Origin: Abditibacterium sp.
GTDB taxonomy: Bacteria; Armatimonadota; Abditibacteriia; Abditibacteriales; Abditibacteriaceae
Length of the DNA: 64,000 nt
Reading direction: 5' to 3'
Assembly: GCA_965246885.1 (NCBI GenBank)
Contig: CBDFFV010000001.1
Coordinates: 8,364-72,363, forward strand
The position numbers and the translations under genes were made by a program. The notes under the pieces are model-generated. The model was not told the origin of the DNA. It worked only from the letters and a program-made list of their open reading frames with translations, and ran no database searches. How positions within the stretch are numbered: the first letter of the stretch is position 1; each line of letters starts with the position of its first letter. Below, piece after piece: positions 35,708-45,283 of this stretch.

Positions 35708-35733
35708 GGTCGGTTGCGAGCTACTTTCTTTTC

Positions 35734-36780
35734 ATGCCTAACGCGCTGATTACCGGGATTCGTGGACAAGACGGGGCGTATCTCGCCAAGTTGCTTCTCG
35801 ACCGGGGGTATGCCGTCTGGGGCGCGGTGCGGTCGCAAACGGCCTCAAGCGAGGTGTCGGGCGAACTGGTCGGGAATGACCGCGCGTCGGTGCAACTTCC
35901 GGCCCTCGAAGTGCTTGGCATCGCCGACCAAGTGCGCTTGGTGTCGGTGGACTACCTGCAGATTGACTCGCTCGCGCGGGTGCTCGATTTGTCGCGGCCC
36001 GATGAACTGTACAACCTCGCGGCGCAAAGCTCGGTCGCGCGCTCGTTCGAGGCACCAACAGAAACGGGGGAAGTGACCGGCTTGGGGGTGGCGCGCTTGC
36101 TCCATGCCGTGCGTCAAGTGAGTCCGAAGACACGCTTTTATCAAGCGTCGAGTTCCGAAATGTTCGGGCGCACGCGCGAAACTCCCCAGAACGAGGGGAC
36201 GCCGTTTTATCCGCGCAGCCCGTACGGAGCGGCGAAGGTGTACGCGCATTGCATGACGATCAACTACCGCGAAGCGTTCGGCTTGTTCGCGTGTAACGGG
36301 ATTTTATTCAATCACGAGTCGCCCCTGCGCCCGGAGCGGTTCGTGACGCGCAAAATTTGCGAGGGCGTGGCGCGCATTAAGATGGGCCAGCAAAGCGAGC
36401 TTGTGCTTGGCAACATTGAGGTGGAGCGGGACTGGGGCTTTGCGGGCGATTACGTCGCAGCGATGCACTTGATGCTCCAGCAGAAGGAGGCGAGCGACTT
36501 CATTATAGCGACCGGCCAGACCCATTCGTTGCGCGCGTTCGTCGAGCGCGCTTTCGCGTGCGCGGGATTGCGCTTCGAGGATTGGGTGCGGGTGGATACC
36601 GGACTGTATCGTCCGTCGGAAGTGAACACGGTGGTGGGCGATGCGAGCCGCGCGCACGCGCTGTTGGGTTGGAGGCCGCGCGTCTCGTTCGCGGAGTTGG
36701 TCGAGTTCTTGGTGGAAGTCGAACTGCGCCGCGCGCGGGGCGAGGCCATTCCCAGTTATTATCCGCCTTCGGCCCGCTAA
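35734..36780 (+). CDS. Second GDP-mannose 4,6-dehydratase-like SDR
   Basis: TGIRGQDG, NLAAQS, ASSSEMFG, PRSPYGAAK, FNHESP, RDWG. Confidence 0.88.
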   Translation: MPNALITGIRGQDGAYLAKLLLDRGYAVWGAVRSQTASSEVSGELVGNDRASVQLPALEVLGIADQVRLVSVDYLQIDSLARVLDLSRPDELYNLAAQSSVARSFEAPTETGEVTGLGVARLLHAVRQVSPKTRFYQASSSEMFGRTRETPQNEGTPFYPRSPYGAAKVYAHCMTINYREAFGLFACNGILFNHESPLRPERFVTRKICEGVARIKMGQQSELVLGNIEVERDWGFAGDYVAAMHLMLQQKEASDFIIATGQTHSLRAFVERAFACAGLRFEDWVRVDTGLYRPSEVNTVVGDASRAHALLGWRPRVSFAELVEFLVEVELRRARGEAIPSYYPPSAR

Positions 36781-36855
36781 TCGGGTGTCGTCTCCTTTAT
36801 CACGGTGGAACCCCCTCGAAATTAGGCCAAAAGCGTCCAGTTAATGGCCGTCAAC

Positions 36856-36884
36856 TTGCCTTCTTCTGGTGGGCGTAGTAGGCT
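36856..36884 (+). promoter_or_regulatory. Putative sigma70 promoter
   Basis: TTGCCT-N17-TAGGCT upstream of the O-antigen-ligase-like gene. Confidence 0.45.
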
Positions 36885-36941
36885 TATGGCCGTTTGTCGC
36901 CGCGTTTCGGGTTTCGACCGGGAGGGCAGGGGACATTTGAT

Positions 36942-36997
36942 GGATGCTTCAGTCACCGTCAGCGCGGGGAAAACCCCGTCGGATGCTTCAGTCACCG
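36942..36997 (+). repeat. 17-bp direct repeat x2 flanking a small hairpin in the 5' leader
   Basis: GGATGCTTCAGTCACCG at 36942 and 36981, with CGGGG-AAAA-CCCCG between them. Confidence 0.85.
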
Positions 36998-37023
36998 ACC
37001 CCGTTTTTCCAAAGGTAACAACT

Positions 37024-38847
37024 ATGAACGCTCAATCTTCATCGCGGGAACAACTTCCCGCCGCGTCGCGCCGCTCCGTGTGGGCGGAGCTAACGCAAAA
37101 CCGCATCGTCGCGCTTGTGCTGGCGATGATCGTGGCGGTTCCGCTTTTGGCGGCGCCCGCCGACCGCAACCTGCACGGCGTGGCCGCCATCACGCTCGAA
37201 ACCTTCGCCCTGTTCCTGATGACCGCGCTCTTGTGGCGCGCGAAGTGGGACTTGCGCGCCGAGAACGTGCGCCGCTTCCTTGGAACGGGCGCCAACTTGC
37301 CCATCGTGGCGTTGCTTGGCCTGATGACCGTCTCCTGCGTCTTTTCGCCGGTCAAATTGTTCTCGATTCAGGAGCTTTTGCGCACTGGGTCGGGCATCCT
37401 ATTGTATTTCGTGGTGGCGTATCAATTCCGCCAATCGAAGCACCTCTCTTTGCTGGTCAACGTCGTCCTAAGCCTGTCGGCTTTGGTCGCTCTGGGCGGC
37501 ATGATTGGCTATCAACTCTTCTCCGAAGCGCGCGCGAGCGCGGTTTTCGGCAATTCGCAGCCCCTCGCCTCGTTCGTGATGTTGCTTTTGCCGCTTGTGG
37601 CGGCGCTCGCGTGGACGGACAAAAGCCTCGCGCGCCGCAACGTGGCCACCATCGTCGCGGTGCTGATGGTCGGTTGCTTGATGCTCACTCAAGGCCGGAG
37701 CGCGTGGGCTGGTGCCCTCGCCGGTTTGGTGACGCTCGCCTTTTTGACCCGTCTCGGCGTTCCGGCGCTGGACAAAACGGCCTCTGCTGCTCCGCTTCGC
37801 GCCCGCAAACATTTGCTCGTGTGGCCGGTTTTGGTCGCCGTGATTGCGGTCGGCTTTTTGGCCATCACGAAGTCGCAGAACAACTCGATTGACTCGCACG
37901 CCGTTGCCGCGCAGAACCTGTCCGCCGATGGTTCGTGGCAGTCGCGCTTGGTGTCGTGGCGCGGCGCGGTCAAGATGATCGAGGCCAAGCCGCTCACGGG
38001 ATGGGGAACGGGAACGTTCCCAGTGTACCAGCGCGCGTTTACTGGCCAAGGCGCGGTTATTAACCCGACCGGCGCCGGTGTGCGTGTGTCGCTCGCCGAG
38101 CAAGCGCACAACTACTACTTGCAAACGGCGGCGGAACTGGGCTTGCCCGGTTTGCTGTTGTCGCTGAGCGTGTTCGCGCTCTTTTTGCGCGCCGGTGTGC
38201 GCCGCTTGAACGCGATGGAAGCCGGTGTGCGCCGCACGCTTTTGATAGGCACGCTCGCCGCGACAGTTGCGTTCTTGGTGGACGCCCTCGCTTCCCCGTC
38301 GTGGCAGTATGGGCAAACCTCGATGTTTCTCTGGTTGGCGATGGGTGTGGGCACGAGTTGCCTGCGTCCGCGTGCCAAGCGCGAGCAAACCCTCGAAGTT
38401 CACTCGGCCTCGCGTCGCATGGTCTTGATCAGCCGTCCGGCGGCGGCGGGGTTGTTTCTGTCGTGCGTGACGCTCTTGCCGACCGCCTTCGCTTCGGCGC
38501 AGTCGTTCGATTACAACACGAGTGATAGCCCCACCAAAATTGACACCGGCACCGCCATCACTTATGGTGTGGCTGGCGTTGGTGCTTTGGCGCTTCTCAT
38601 TTCCAGTCTGAGCGAGGGCGTCGCTGGTGGCGCTGCCGGTGCGGCGGCTGGCGCGGCGGCTGGCTCTGGCGCGGGTGGCGCGAGTGCGGCGGGCGCCCAT
38701 GCCCCCGGATCGGGCGGCTTTAACCCCAACGGCACAAGCCCGGGCAGTGGCACGGGCGAGGCGACTGGTGCGGAGCCGAGCACTCCCGATTCTAACTCCG
38801 CTCCTGCTGCGACGCCGACGACCCCGGCTCCCGCTCCTGCTGGCTAA
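37024..38847 (+). CDS. O-antigen ligase (Wzy_C) family membrane protein with low-complexity C-terminal tail
   Basis: About 12 TM helices; LTQGRSAW, R..SW.GA..MI..KPLTGWG.G, AHNYYLQTAAELGLPG. Start uncertain (36940 or 37024). Confidence 0.85.
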   Translation: MNAQSSSREQLPAASRRSVWAELTQNRIVALVLAMIVAVPLLAAPADRNLHGVAAITLETFALFLMTALLWRAKWDLRAENVRRFLGTGANLPIVALLGLMTVSCVFSPVKLFSIQELLRTGSGILLYFVVAYQFRQSKHLSLLVNVVLSLSALVALGGMIGYQLFSEARASAVFGNSQPLASFVMLLLPLVAALAWTDKSLARRNVATIVAVLMVGCLMLTQGRSAWAGALAGLVTLAFLTRLGVPALDKTASAAPLRARKHLLVWPVLVAVIAVGFLAITKSQNNSIDSHAVAAQNLSADGSWQSRLVSWRGAVKMIEAKPLTGWGTGTFPVYQRAFTGQGAVINPTGAGVRVSLAEQAHNYYLQTAAELGLPGLLLSLSVFALFLRAGVRRLNAMEAGVRRTLLIGTLAATVAFLVDALASPSWQYGQTSMFLWLAMGVGTSCLRPRAKREQTLEVHSASRRMVLISRPAAAGLFLSCVTLLPTAFASAQSFDYNTSDSPTKIDTGTAITYGVAGVGALALLISSLSEGVAGGAAGAAAGAAAGSGAGGASAAGAHAPGSGGFNPNGTSPGSGTGEATGAEPSTPDSNSAPAATPTTPAPAPAG

Positions 38848-38861
38848 AACCCTGCATCTCC

Positions 38862-38912
38862 CGAACTGCCTGATTCCTCGTTGAATCAGGCAGTTCGAGC
38901 GTTAGGGCTTTT
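38862..38912 (+). terminator. Strong hairpin / probable terminator
   Basis: CGAACTGCCTGATTC-6 nt-GAATCAGGCAGTTCG 15-bp perfect stem, extendable, ending in CTTTT. Confidence 0.65.
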
Positions 38913-38985
38913 CTGCGCGACGCCTTTTTCTTGGACTTCGACCGAATACAACCCAGTCCGCCGCTCGGCGAACTATATAGCAGTC

Positions 38986-40989
38986 ATGGTCAATTCTATT
39001 CCCAGCCCCCGTCACCCTCAAGGGACTCTGGTTCCGGCGCGCCACGTCATTGATTTGATTTTGCGGTGGCCTCGCCTTGATCTTCTCAAGCCCGTCTTTG
39101 ACTTGTTGCTCATCACGCTGGGCGCGGCGTGGGCGTGGGGTGTTTGCTATGGGCAAGTGTCCCATCCCGGTTCGCCGCTTCCGTTTTTGGCGTCGGTGCT
39201 GATGGCGCGGGCGGCCATCTACTTTGGTTTGCGGTTGCATCGCACCTCGTGGCTGCATGTGTCGCGCTTTGAAGTGCTGTGGCTGGGCGTTAGCGCTCTC
39301 GCGGGGCCTTGGCTAATTGCGTTCGTCTTGTGGGTTCTTCCCGATCCGTTTACGCTGCGTGCGCTGACCCGCCCAGAAATTATCTTTTCGACCGAAGCGG
39401 CGTTTTACCTGCTGCTCCTGTTTGGCGCCCGCATCACGGCGCGGGCGCTGGCGCACTCGAAGCGGCCCCACAACCTGCGCCGCGTGCTCATTGTCGGTGC
39501 CGGAGAGAGCGGGCGCTCGCTCGCGTATCAGTTGCAAGAAACGGTCAATACCTACCAAGCCGTCGGCTTTTTGGACGACGACCCAGCGCTGGAAGGCCGC
39601 GCGTATCGCGGGTTAAAGGTGCTGGGCACCACGTATCAACTGCGCGAAGTAGCGAGTCTGGCCGAAGTGCAGGAAGTGGTCATCGCCATTACTGCGCTCG
39701 CGCCCGACCGCGTGCGCGAGATTTTGAGCGAGTGCGAGCGATGCGAGGTGCGCGTGCGGATTCTGCCGCCGCTCACCGAACTCATCGGCGGACGCCCCGA
39801 TTTCAAGGCCATCCGCGAGGTTTCGATGGACGACCTTTTGCCCCGTCCCGCCGTCGCGCTCGATATGGCCGCCATCACTGCTTATCTGGCGGGCCGCACT
39901 GTGTTGGTGACGGGCGGCGGCGGCTCGATTGGCGGCGAACTGTGTCGCCAAGCGCTCGCGGCGGGCGCGAAGCGGCTGCTCGTTTTGGGGCGGGGGGAGA
40001 ACAGCGTCTTTGAAGCGCTGCAAAACCTCAACGAGTTGCGCATGGGCGACCATTGCTGCGCGTGCGAACTGATTCCCGTCATCTGCGACGTGCGCGATCG
40101 TCCGGCGCTGCGGCAAATCTTCGAGAAGTATCAGCCCGAAGTCGTCTTCCACGCGGCGGCGCACAAGCACGTCCCGCTTATGGAGCAGTATCCGTGCGAG
40201 GCGGTCAAGAACAATGTGCTGGGCACGCTCAACGTCGTGGAGCTTTCGGCGCAAAATCATGTGAAGCAACTGGTGCTGGTTTCGACGGATAAAGCCGTCG
40301 CGCCGACGAGCGTGATGGGCGCGACCAAGCGCATCACCGAGATGATTATCCAGTCGCACCGCGCGAAGAAGGACTTCGATATCGTGTGTGTGCGCTTTGG
40401 CAACGTGCTGGGCAGTCGGGGCAGCGTGGTGCCGACGATGACGCGCCAAATTCGGCGCGGCCTGCCCGTAACGGTGACTGACCCGGACATGGTGCGCTTT
40501 TTCATGACCATCCCGGAAGCGGTGCAACTTATCCTGCAAGCGGGCGCCGTCGGCGGCAGGGGTGAAGTGTTCATCCTTGATATGGGCCATCCGGTCAAGA
40601 TACTCGACCTCGCCCACGATCTGATCCGCTTGCACGGCATGGTGCCGGGTCAAGACATCCCGATTCACATCATCGGCAGGCGTCCCGGCGAGAAGATGTA
40701 CGAGGAGTTGCTGACGGGCCGCGAACTGTCGAGCGCGCAAAAGCGTGGGCCGTTCTATGTCGCTTCGACGTCGCCCATTGACCGCGAGGAGTTCTTGCGT
40801 CAGGTGCGCGCGCTTATCGAACTGGGGCAAGCGGGCGAGGAAGCCGGAGTGCGGCGGCTGTTGCGCGAAATCGTGCCGGAGTTCCATACTCCTGTCCCGC
40901 CCATCATCGCCGCGCCGCGCGAACCCCAGTTCCTGCCGGAAGCAGACCGCGCGCCGTCGCTGGTGGTTGCCGGACACGGCTTCAACTAA
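38986..40989 (+). CDS. Membrane-bound nucleotide-sugar 4,6-dehydratase (CapD/PglF/WbpM-like)
   Basis: TM N-terminus; TGGGGSIG, HAAAHKHVP, STDKAV, MGATK, RFGNVLGSRGSV. Confidence 0.92.
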   Translation: MVNSIPSPRHPQGTLVPARHVIDLILRWPRLDLLKPVFDLLLITLGAAWAWGVCYGQVSHPGSPLPFLASVLMARAAIYFGLRLHRTSWLHVSRFEVLWLGVSALAGPWLIAFVLWVLPDPFTLRALTRPEIIFSTEAAFYLLLLFGARITARALAHSKRPHNLRRVLIVGAGESGRSLAYQLQETVNTYQAVGFLDDDPALEGRAYRGLKVLGTTYQLREVASLAEVQEVVIAITALAPDRVREILSECERCEVRVRILPPLTELIGGRPDFKAIREVSMDDLLPRPAVALDMAAITAYLAGRTVLVTGGGGSIGGELCRQALAAGAKRLLVLGRGENSVFEALQNLNELRMGDHCCACELIPVICDVRDRPALRQIFEKYQPEVVFHAAAHKHVPLMEQYPCEAVKNNVLGTLNVVELSAQNHVKQLVLVSTDKAVAPTSVMGATKRITEMIIQSHRAKKDFDIVCVRFGNVLGSRGSVVPTMTRQIRRGLPVTVTDPDMVRFFMTIPEAVQLILQAGAVGGRGEVFILDMGHPVKILDLAHDLIRLHGMVPGQDIPIHIIGRRPGEKMYEELLTGRELSSAQKRGPFYVASTSPIDREEFLRQVRALIELGQAGEEAGVRRLLREIVPEFHTPVPPIIAAPREPQFLPEADRAPSLVVAGHGFN

Positions 40990-41003
40990 GCCAAACTCAT
41001 TTT

Positions 41004-42914
41004 ATGTGCGGTATCGCGGGCATCGTGTCCGGCAACCAACCCCCCGGCGACCTCGAAAAGCGCGTTCGGTCTATGACCGATGAGATGTTTCATCGTGGCC
41101 CGGACGACGGCGGAACGTATTTGTCCGACGACCGCCGCGTCGCATTTGGAGCGCGCCGCTTGGCCATTCAAGACCTCAGCCCCGCCGGTCATATGCCCAT
41201 GACCAGCGCCGACCGCCGGGTATGCATCACCTACAACGGCGAGGTCTACAACGCGCCCGAACTGCGCGCCGAACTCGAACGACAAGGCCACTTTTTCGCT
41301 TCGCACTCCGACACCGAAGTCATTCTGCACGCCTACCAAGCGTGGGGAGAACAGTGCGTCGAGCGCTTGCGCGGCATGTTCGCTTTCGCCATCCACGACG
41401 CGCGCGCAGGCAAAGCGGGCGCGGGACGGGTGTTTCTGGCACGCGACCGCTTGGGCATCAAGCCGCTTTACATCGCGGACACTGCGCGCGGGTGGGTGTT
41501 CGCTTCCGAACTGCGCGCCATCCAAGCGAGCGGGCTGATAAGCCGCGACCTCAGTAGCGCCGGAATCGTCGGCTTTTTGATGCTGGGCGCCGTTCCCAAT
41601 CCGCTCACTATCTACCGCGAAGTGCGCGCGCTCCAGCCGGGGCACACGCTGTCCATCGCACTGGGCGACACGGGCACGCCCACTCCGAAGCGATATTGGG
41701 CGTTGCCAACGAACACGGTTGAAACGAGCCACGAAGCCGCCGTCGAGGAAATTCAGCACCTGCTCCATGAAGCGGTGCGCACAGAGTTGGTGTCGGACGT
41801 GCCGTTGGGCGCGTTTTTGAGCGGCGGCTTGGATTCGAGCGGCATCGTCGCCCTCATGCGCGGCGCGACGAGTGGGCCGATTCGCACTTGCTCGATGGTC
41901 TTCGAGGAAAGCGAGTATTCGGAAGCGCCCTTTGCGCGGGCGATGGCGGAGTTTGTCGGCGCGGAACACTTCGAGCGCACCATCACCGCGCGCGACCTCC
42001 ATGACGAACTGCCCAACATCTTCCGGGCAATGGATCAGCCCACGCTCGACGGCGTGAACACCTACTTCGTGTCGCAAACCGCGCGGCAGGCGGGCCTCAC
42101 CGTCGCGCTGTCGGGGTTAGGCGGCGATGAACTGTTTGGCGGCTACCCGAACACTTTCGCGGGCGTGCCGCAGATGATGCGGCATCTGTCGCGCGCACAG
42201 ATAATTCCCGGCGGCGCGGCCCTTGCGCGCGGCGCCATCGGCCTCCTACCGCAAAAGCACCGCTTGGCGCGCGTCCATGAAGCGTTGGGGCGACCCGTCT
42301 CGCCCGCAAGCGCGTATCTGACGCGGCGCGGTTTGTTCGCGCGCCACGAAGTCCAAGCGCTTTTGTCGCGCGAGGTGTGGGAGGAGGGGCTGCGCGAGTT
42401 CGATGCGGTCGCACACGTCGCGGCGCGCGCCGATTGCAACGGCGTGCCCATCGAAGCGGGCGGGGATGTCTTCGAGTGGACGAGCCGCGCGGAGCTTGGC
42501 ACCTACACTCATCACCAACTGCTGCGCGACACCGACGCCATGAGCATGGCGCACTCCTTGGAAGTGCGCGTGCCGCTCCTCGACCACAAACTGGTCGAAG
42601 CCGCGCTCCGCTTGCCCGCCGCCATTAAACGCCAAGGGGAAGGGCCAAAGCCGTTACTGGGCGCGGCGCTCCATGACCTGTTGCCGCCCCTCATCCGCGA
42701 GCGGCGCGACAAAAAGGGGTTCACTATGCCCTTCGATCAGTGGATACAAGGGATGCGCGGCGATTTTGCGGGCGGCGGGCAAGCGCATCTGTGGCAACGC
42801 GGGGCGGTCGAGCAGGTATGGGAGCATCATGCCGCGAACCGAATGCACTGGTCGCGCGCGTGGGCGCTGTTGTCCTTGGAACGTTGGATGGAGGAACGAG
42901 CGCGCGCGGTGTAA
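41004..42914 (+). CDS. asnB: Asparagine synthase (glutamine-hydrolysing) family amidotransferase, polysaccharide-associated
   Basis: MCGIAG (Cys2 present), HRGPD, YNGEVYN, LSGGLDSS, GGDELFGGY. Confidence 0.9.
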   Translation: MCGIAGIVSGNQPPGDLEKRVRSMTDEMFHRGPDDGGTYLSDDRRVAFGARRLAIQDLSPAGHMPMTSADRRVCITYNGEVYNAPELRAELERQGHFFASHSDTEVILHAYQAWGEQCVERLRGMFAFAIHDARAGKAGAGRVFLARDRLGIKPLYIADTARGWVFASELRAIQASGLISRDLSSAGIVGFLMLGAVPNPLTIYREVRALQPGHTLSIALGDTGTPTPKRYWALPTNTVETSHEAAVEEIQHLLHEAVRTELVSDVPLGAFLSGGLDSSGIVALMRGATSGPIRTCSMVFEESEYSEAPFARAMAEFVGAEHFERTITARDLHDELPNIFRAMDQPTLDGVNTYFVSQTARQAGLTVALSGLGGDELFGGYPNTFAGVPQMMRHLSRAQIIPGGAALARGAIGLLPQKHRLARVHEALGRPVSPASAYLTRRGLFARHEVQALLSREVWEEGLREFDAVAHVAARADCNGVPIEAGGDVFEWTSRAELGTYTHHQLLRDTDAMSMAHSLEVRVPLLDHKLVEAALRLPAAIKRQGEGPKPLLGAALHDLLPPLIRERRDKKGFTMPFDQWIQGMRGDFAGGGQAHLWQRGAVEQVWEHHAANRMHWSRAWALLSLERWMEERARAV

Positions 42915-42936
42915 GCGATGTTCATGGAGAATCTCA

Positions 42937-44442
42937 ATGTCTATTAGCGGTCGCGTCCTGCGGGGCACCGCGTTTATTTCGGGTGCCACGCTGTTAGCGC
43001 GCGTGGGCACTTTTCTGGCGAATCTGGCGATCATCCGCTTGCTGGGGCGCGAGGGAATCGGGCAGTTGGGACTCATCGAAAGTTGGTTGGGCGTCACCAC
43101 GCTTTTCTCCCTCGCGGGTGTGGGCGTGGGGCTAACCAAGTTCGTTTCGCAGTATTGGAAAAGCGACAACGAGCGCAGCGCGGGCATCACCGCCACCGCG
43201 CTGTTGGTCGCCACGTTGATGAGTTTGGGCGTGGGAGTGGGCGTGTATCTCTGCATTGGCTTGGGGTTGTGGAAGCACGAGCAGATCGGGGTGCTCTTCC
43301 GCGCGAACTGTCTCTTGTTCCTCGCCCTGATTCTGGTCGTCTCGCTCAAGCAGACCGTGACCAACGTCATCTACGGCTTCCAAGAGTTCTCGTCGCTGGT
43401 TCGAGCCAATATCGCGGTCGGCATCTTCAGCTTTCCCGTCTCGTTTCTCCTCGTTAAAATGCACGGACTGCAAGGGGCGCTTGAATCTCGCCTGCTGTTG
43501 GCGGTCATCGAGTTGGCGTGGTTGGGGTGGGCGATGGGAGCCGTGTTGCGCCGCGAGAAAGCGCCTTTGCACTTGCGCGAGATGCGGCGCGACGGAAAAG
43601 AGTTGCTTCTGTTTGGCTTGCCCACCTTTATCGGGCAGTTGGCATCGAACCCGGTGCAGCCGTTCATGCTCACCTTTTTAGCGTCGCAGCCGGGCGGCTT
43701 GGCGCAGGTGGGCCTTATCACCATCGCGCAGCGTTTGGTGGCGCTGGTGAATTTCCTCCCCGGCTCGATGTCGTCCACCCTTATCCCCGTGCTGTCGAGC
43801 GAATGGGGAAGCGGAAGCGCATCCCGCTTTCGGGAAAGCGCGCTCGCAACGCTGCGCCTGTGCTGGCTGTGCACGTTGCCCATCGTCGTCTTCTTTGCGG
43901 CAGCCAGCCCGTTTGTGCTGAGCCGCTTGTATGGTCAGGGCTTTTCGGCGGCGTGGCCCACCGCGTTCATCCTGCTGCTCATCGCGTTGCTGGGAAGTTT
44001 GAACGAGACGGCGGATCGCTCGTTCATCGCGGCGGGGCGAGTGTGGCTTTCCACGTCGAACAATTTCGTCTGGCTCGCCCTCTTTGTGCCGTTGGCGTGG
44101 TATCTGATTCCCGCTCATGGCGCGCGGGGCTACGTCGTGGGGTTTCTATTCACGTTCGAGCTGTACGTGACGTTGCAGATGTGGTGGCTGTATCGCTTGT
44201 TCCGGGTGGACACGCCTGCCCTGTTCCCGATGGTCTTTACTTCAGCCGCTTTGCTATCCCTAAGTTGGATGGTGGCGGCGGCGCACCAATGGGCGTGGGT
44301 GGGCGCCCTTGTGCTGACGGCGCTGACTTTGTTGCTGGAAGTGCGCTACTTCCTCACTGCGTCCGAGCAGCAGGCGTTGGCCCGCCGCTTTCAAAACACT
44401 GGCTTGGGGCGAAGAATCGCCACTCGGTTGGTGCGAGCGTGA
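42937..44442 (+). CDS. Oligosaccharide flippase (Wzx-like)
   Basis: About 12-14 hydrophobic segments; IRLLG.E..G N-terminal pattern; operon context. Confidence 0.8.
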   Translation: MSISGRVLRGTAFISGATLLARVGTFLANLAIIRLLGREGIGQLGLIESWLGVTTLFSLAGVGVGLTKFVSQYWKSDNERSAGITATALLVATLMSLGVGVGVYLCIGLGLWKHEQIGVLFRANCLLFLALILVVSLKQTVTNVIYGFQEFSSLVRANIAVGIFSFPVSFLLVKMHGLQGALESRLLLAVIELAWLGWAMGAVLRREKAPLHLREMRRDGKELLLFGLPTFIGQLASNPVQPFMLTFLASQPGGLAQVGLITIAQRLVALVNFLPGSMSSTLIPVLSSEWGSGSASRFRESALATLRLCWLCTLPIVVFFAAASPFVLSRLYGQGFSAAWPTAFILLLIALLGSLNETADRSFIAAGRVWLSTSNNFVWLALFVPLAWYLIPAHGARGYVVGFLFTFELYVTLQMWWLYRLFRVDTPALFPMVFTSAALLSLSWMVAAAHQWAWVGALVLTALTLLLEVRYFLTASEQQALARRFQNTGLGRRIATRLVRA

Positions 44443-44461
44443 TGGGGAGGTTGACTATTCG

Positions 44462-45112
44462 ATGAACCGTTTGCTCAGGGTCTGGACAAGGCATGGCTGG
44501 CGGACACCTTTCGTGGCAGTGGGCATGGCCTGCGAGCGTTTCCAAGGCGTCCGGGGCTGGCTCCATCTGGGGTGGCTGCGCTTTGCGACGCGCGGGCGCA
44601 AAGGGCGAAACATCTGGATCGGCAAATCGGTCAGCGTTTCGCCGGGCGGCCATCTGGATATGGAGGGGGATTTGTATATCGGGGAGCGTTGCTCCTTCAT
44701 AATCTCGGTCGCCCCCAGAGGGCGCGTAAGCATCGGCACCAACACGTGGCTGTCGCGCGATTGCCTCGTGGGTTGCAACCGCTCCGTTCACATCGGCTCC
44801 CATGTCCTCATTGGCGAGTTCGTTTCCATCCGCGACAGCACGCACTCCCACGCCAACGTGGAAGTGCCAATCAAAGGGCAGGGGGACATCTTGGGCACCA
44901 TTCGCATCGAGGACGACGTGTGGATCGGGCGCGGGTGCTTGATTCAGGGGCGTCCCGAAGGCATCACCATTGGAAGCGGCAGCATTGTCGGCGCCAACAG
45001 CGTGGTGTCGCGCTCCATTCCGCCCATGCAAGTTTGGGGTGGCGTCCCCGCGCGCTTCATCAAAAACCGGGAGGGCAAGGCGGGCGCCGCTCAAGACTCT
45101 ATAGGCACCTGA
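44462..45112 (+). CDS. Hexapeptide-repeat acyltransferase
   Basis: IEDDVWIG...ITIGSGSIVGANSVV...GGVPARFI. Confidence 0.88.
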   Translation: MNRLLRVWTRHGWRTPFVAVGMACERFQGVRGWLHLGWLRFATRGRKGRNIWIGKSVSVSPGGHLDMEGDLYIGERCSFIISVAPRGRVSIGTNTWLSRDCLVGCNRSVHIGSHVLIGEFVSIRDSTHSHANVEVPIKGQGDILGTIRIEDDVWIGRGCLIQGRPEGITIGSGSIVGANSVVSRSIPPMQVWGGVPARFIKNREGKAGAAQDSIGT

Positions 45113-45283
45113 GGGCTTCGGCGTAGGCGCCCATGTTTCTAAAGACGGTATACAAAAGGCGCTCCAATCTTCCATGAACAACCGATTCTTGCTGCCTCCG
45201 CCCGATGCTCCCACTCTTCGTGCGGCGGCGCTCGTTCCCCGTTCACCGGCAGCGTCTGCGCCGGATATTACCTATGCATCTCT

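Noticed and set aside
36870..36885. RfaH ops element
   Set aside because: GGGCGTAG does not match GGCGGTAG and overlaps the predicted promoter spacer.
41004..42914. Second lasso cyclase
   Set aside because: Retains MCGI Cys2 and the full glutaminase domain and lies in the polysaccharide operon, so it is an ordinary AsnB-type amidotransferase.
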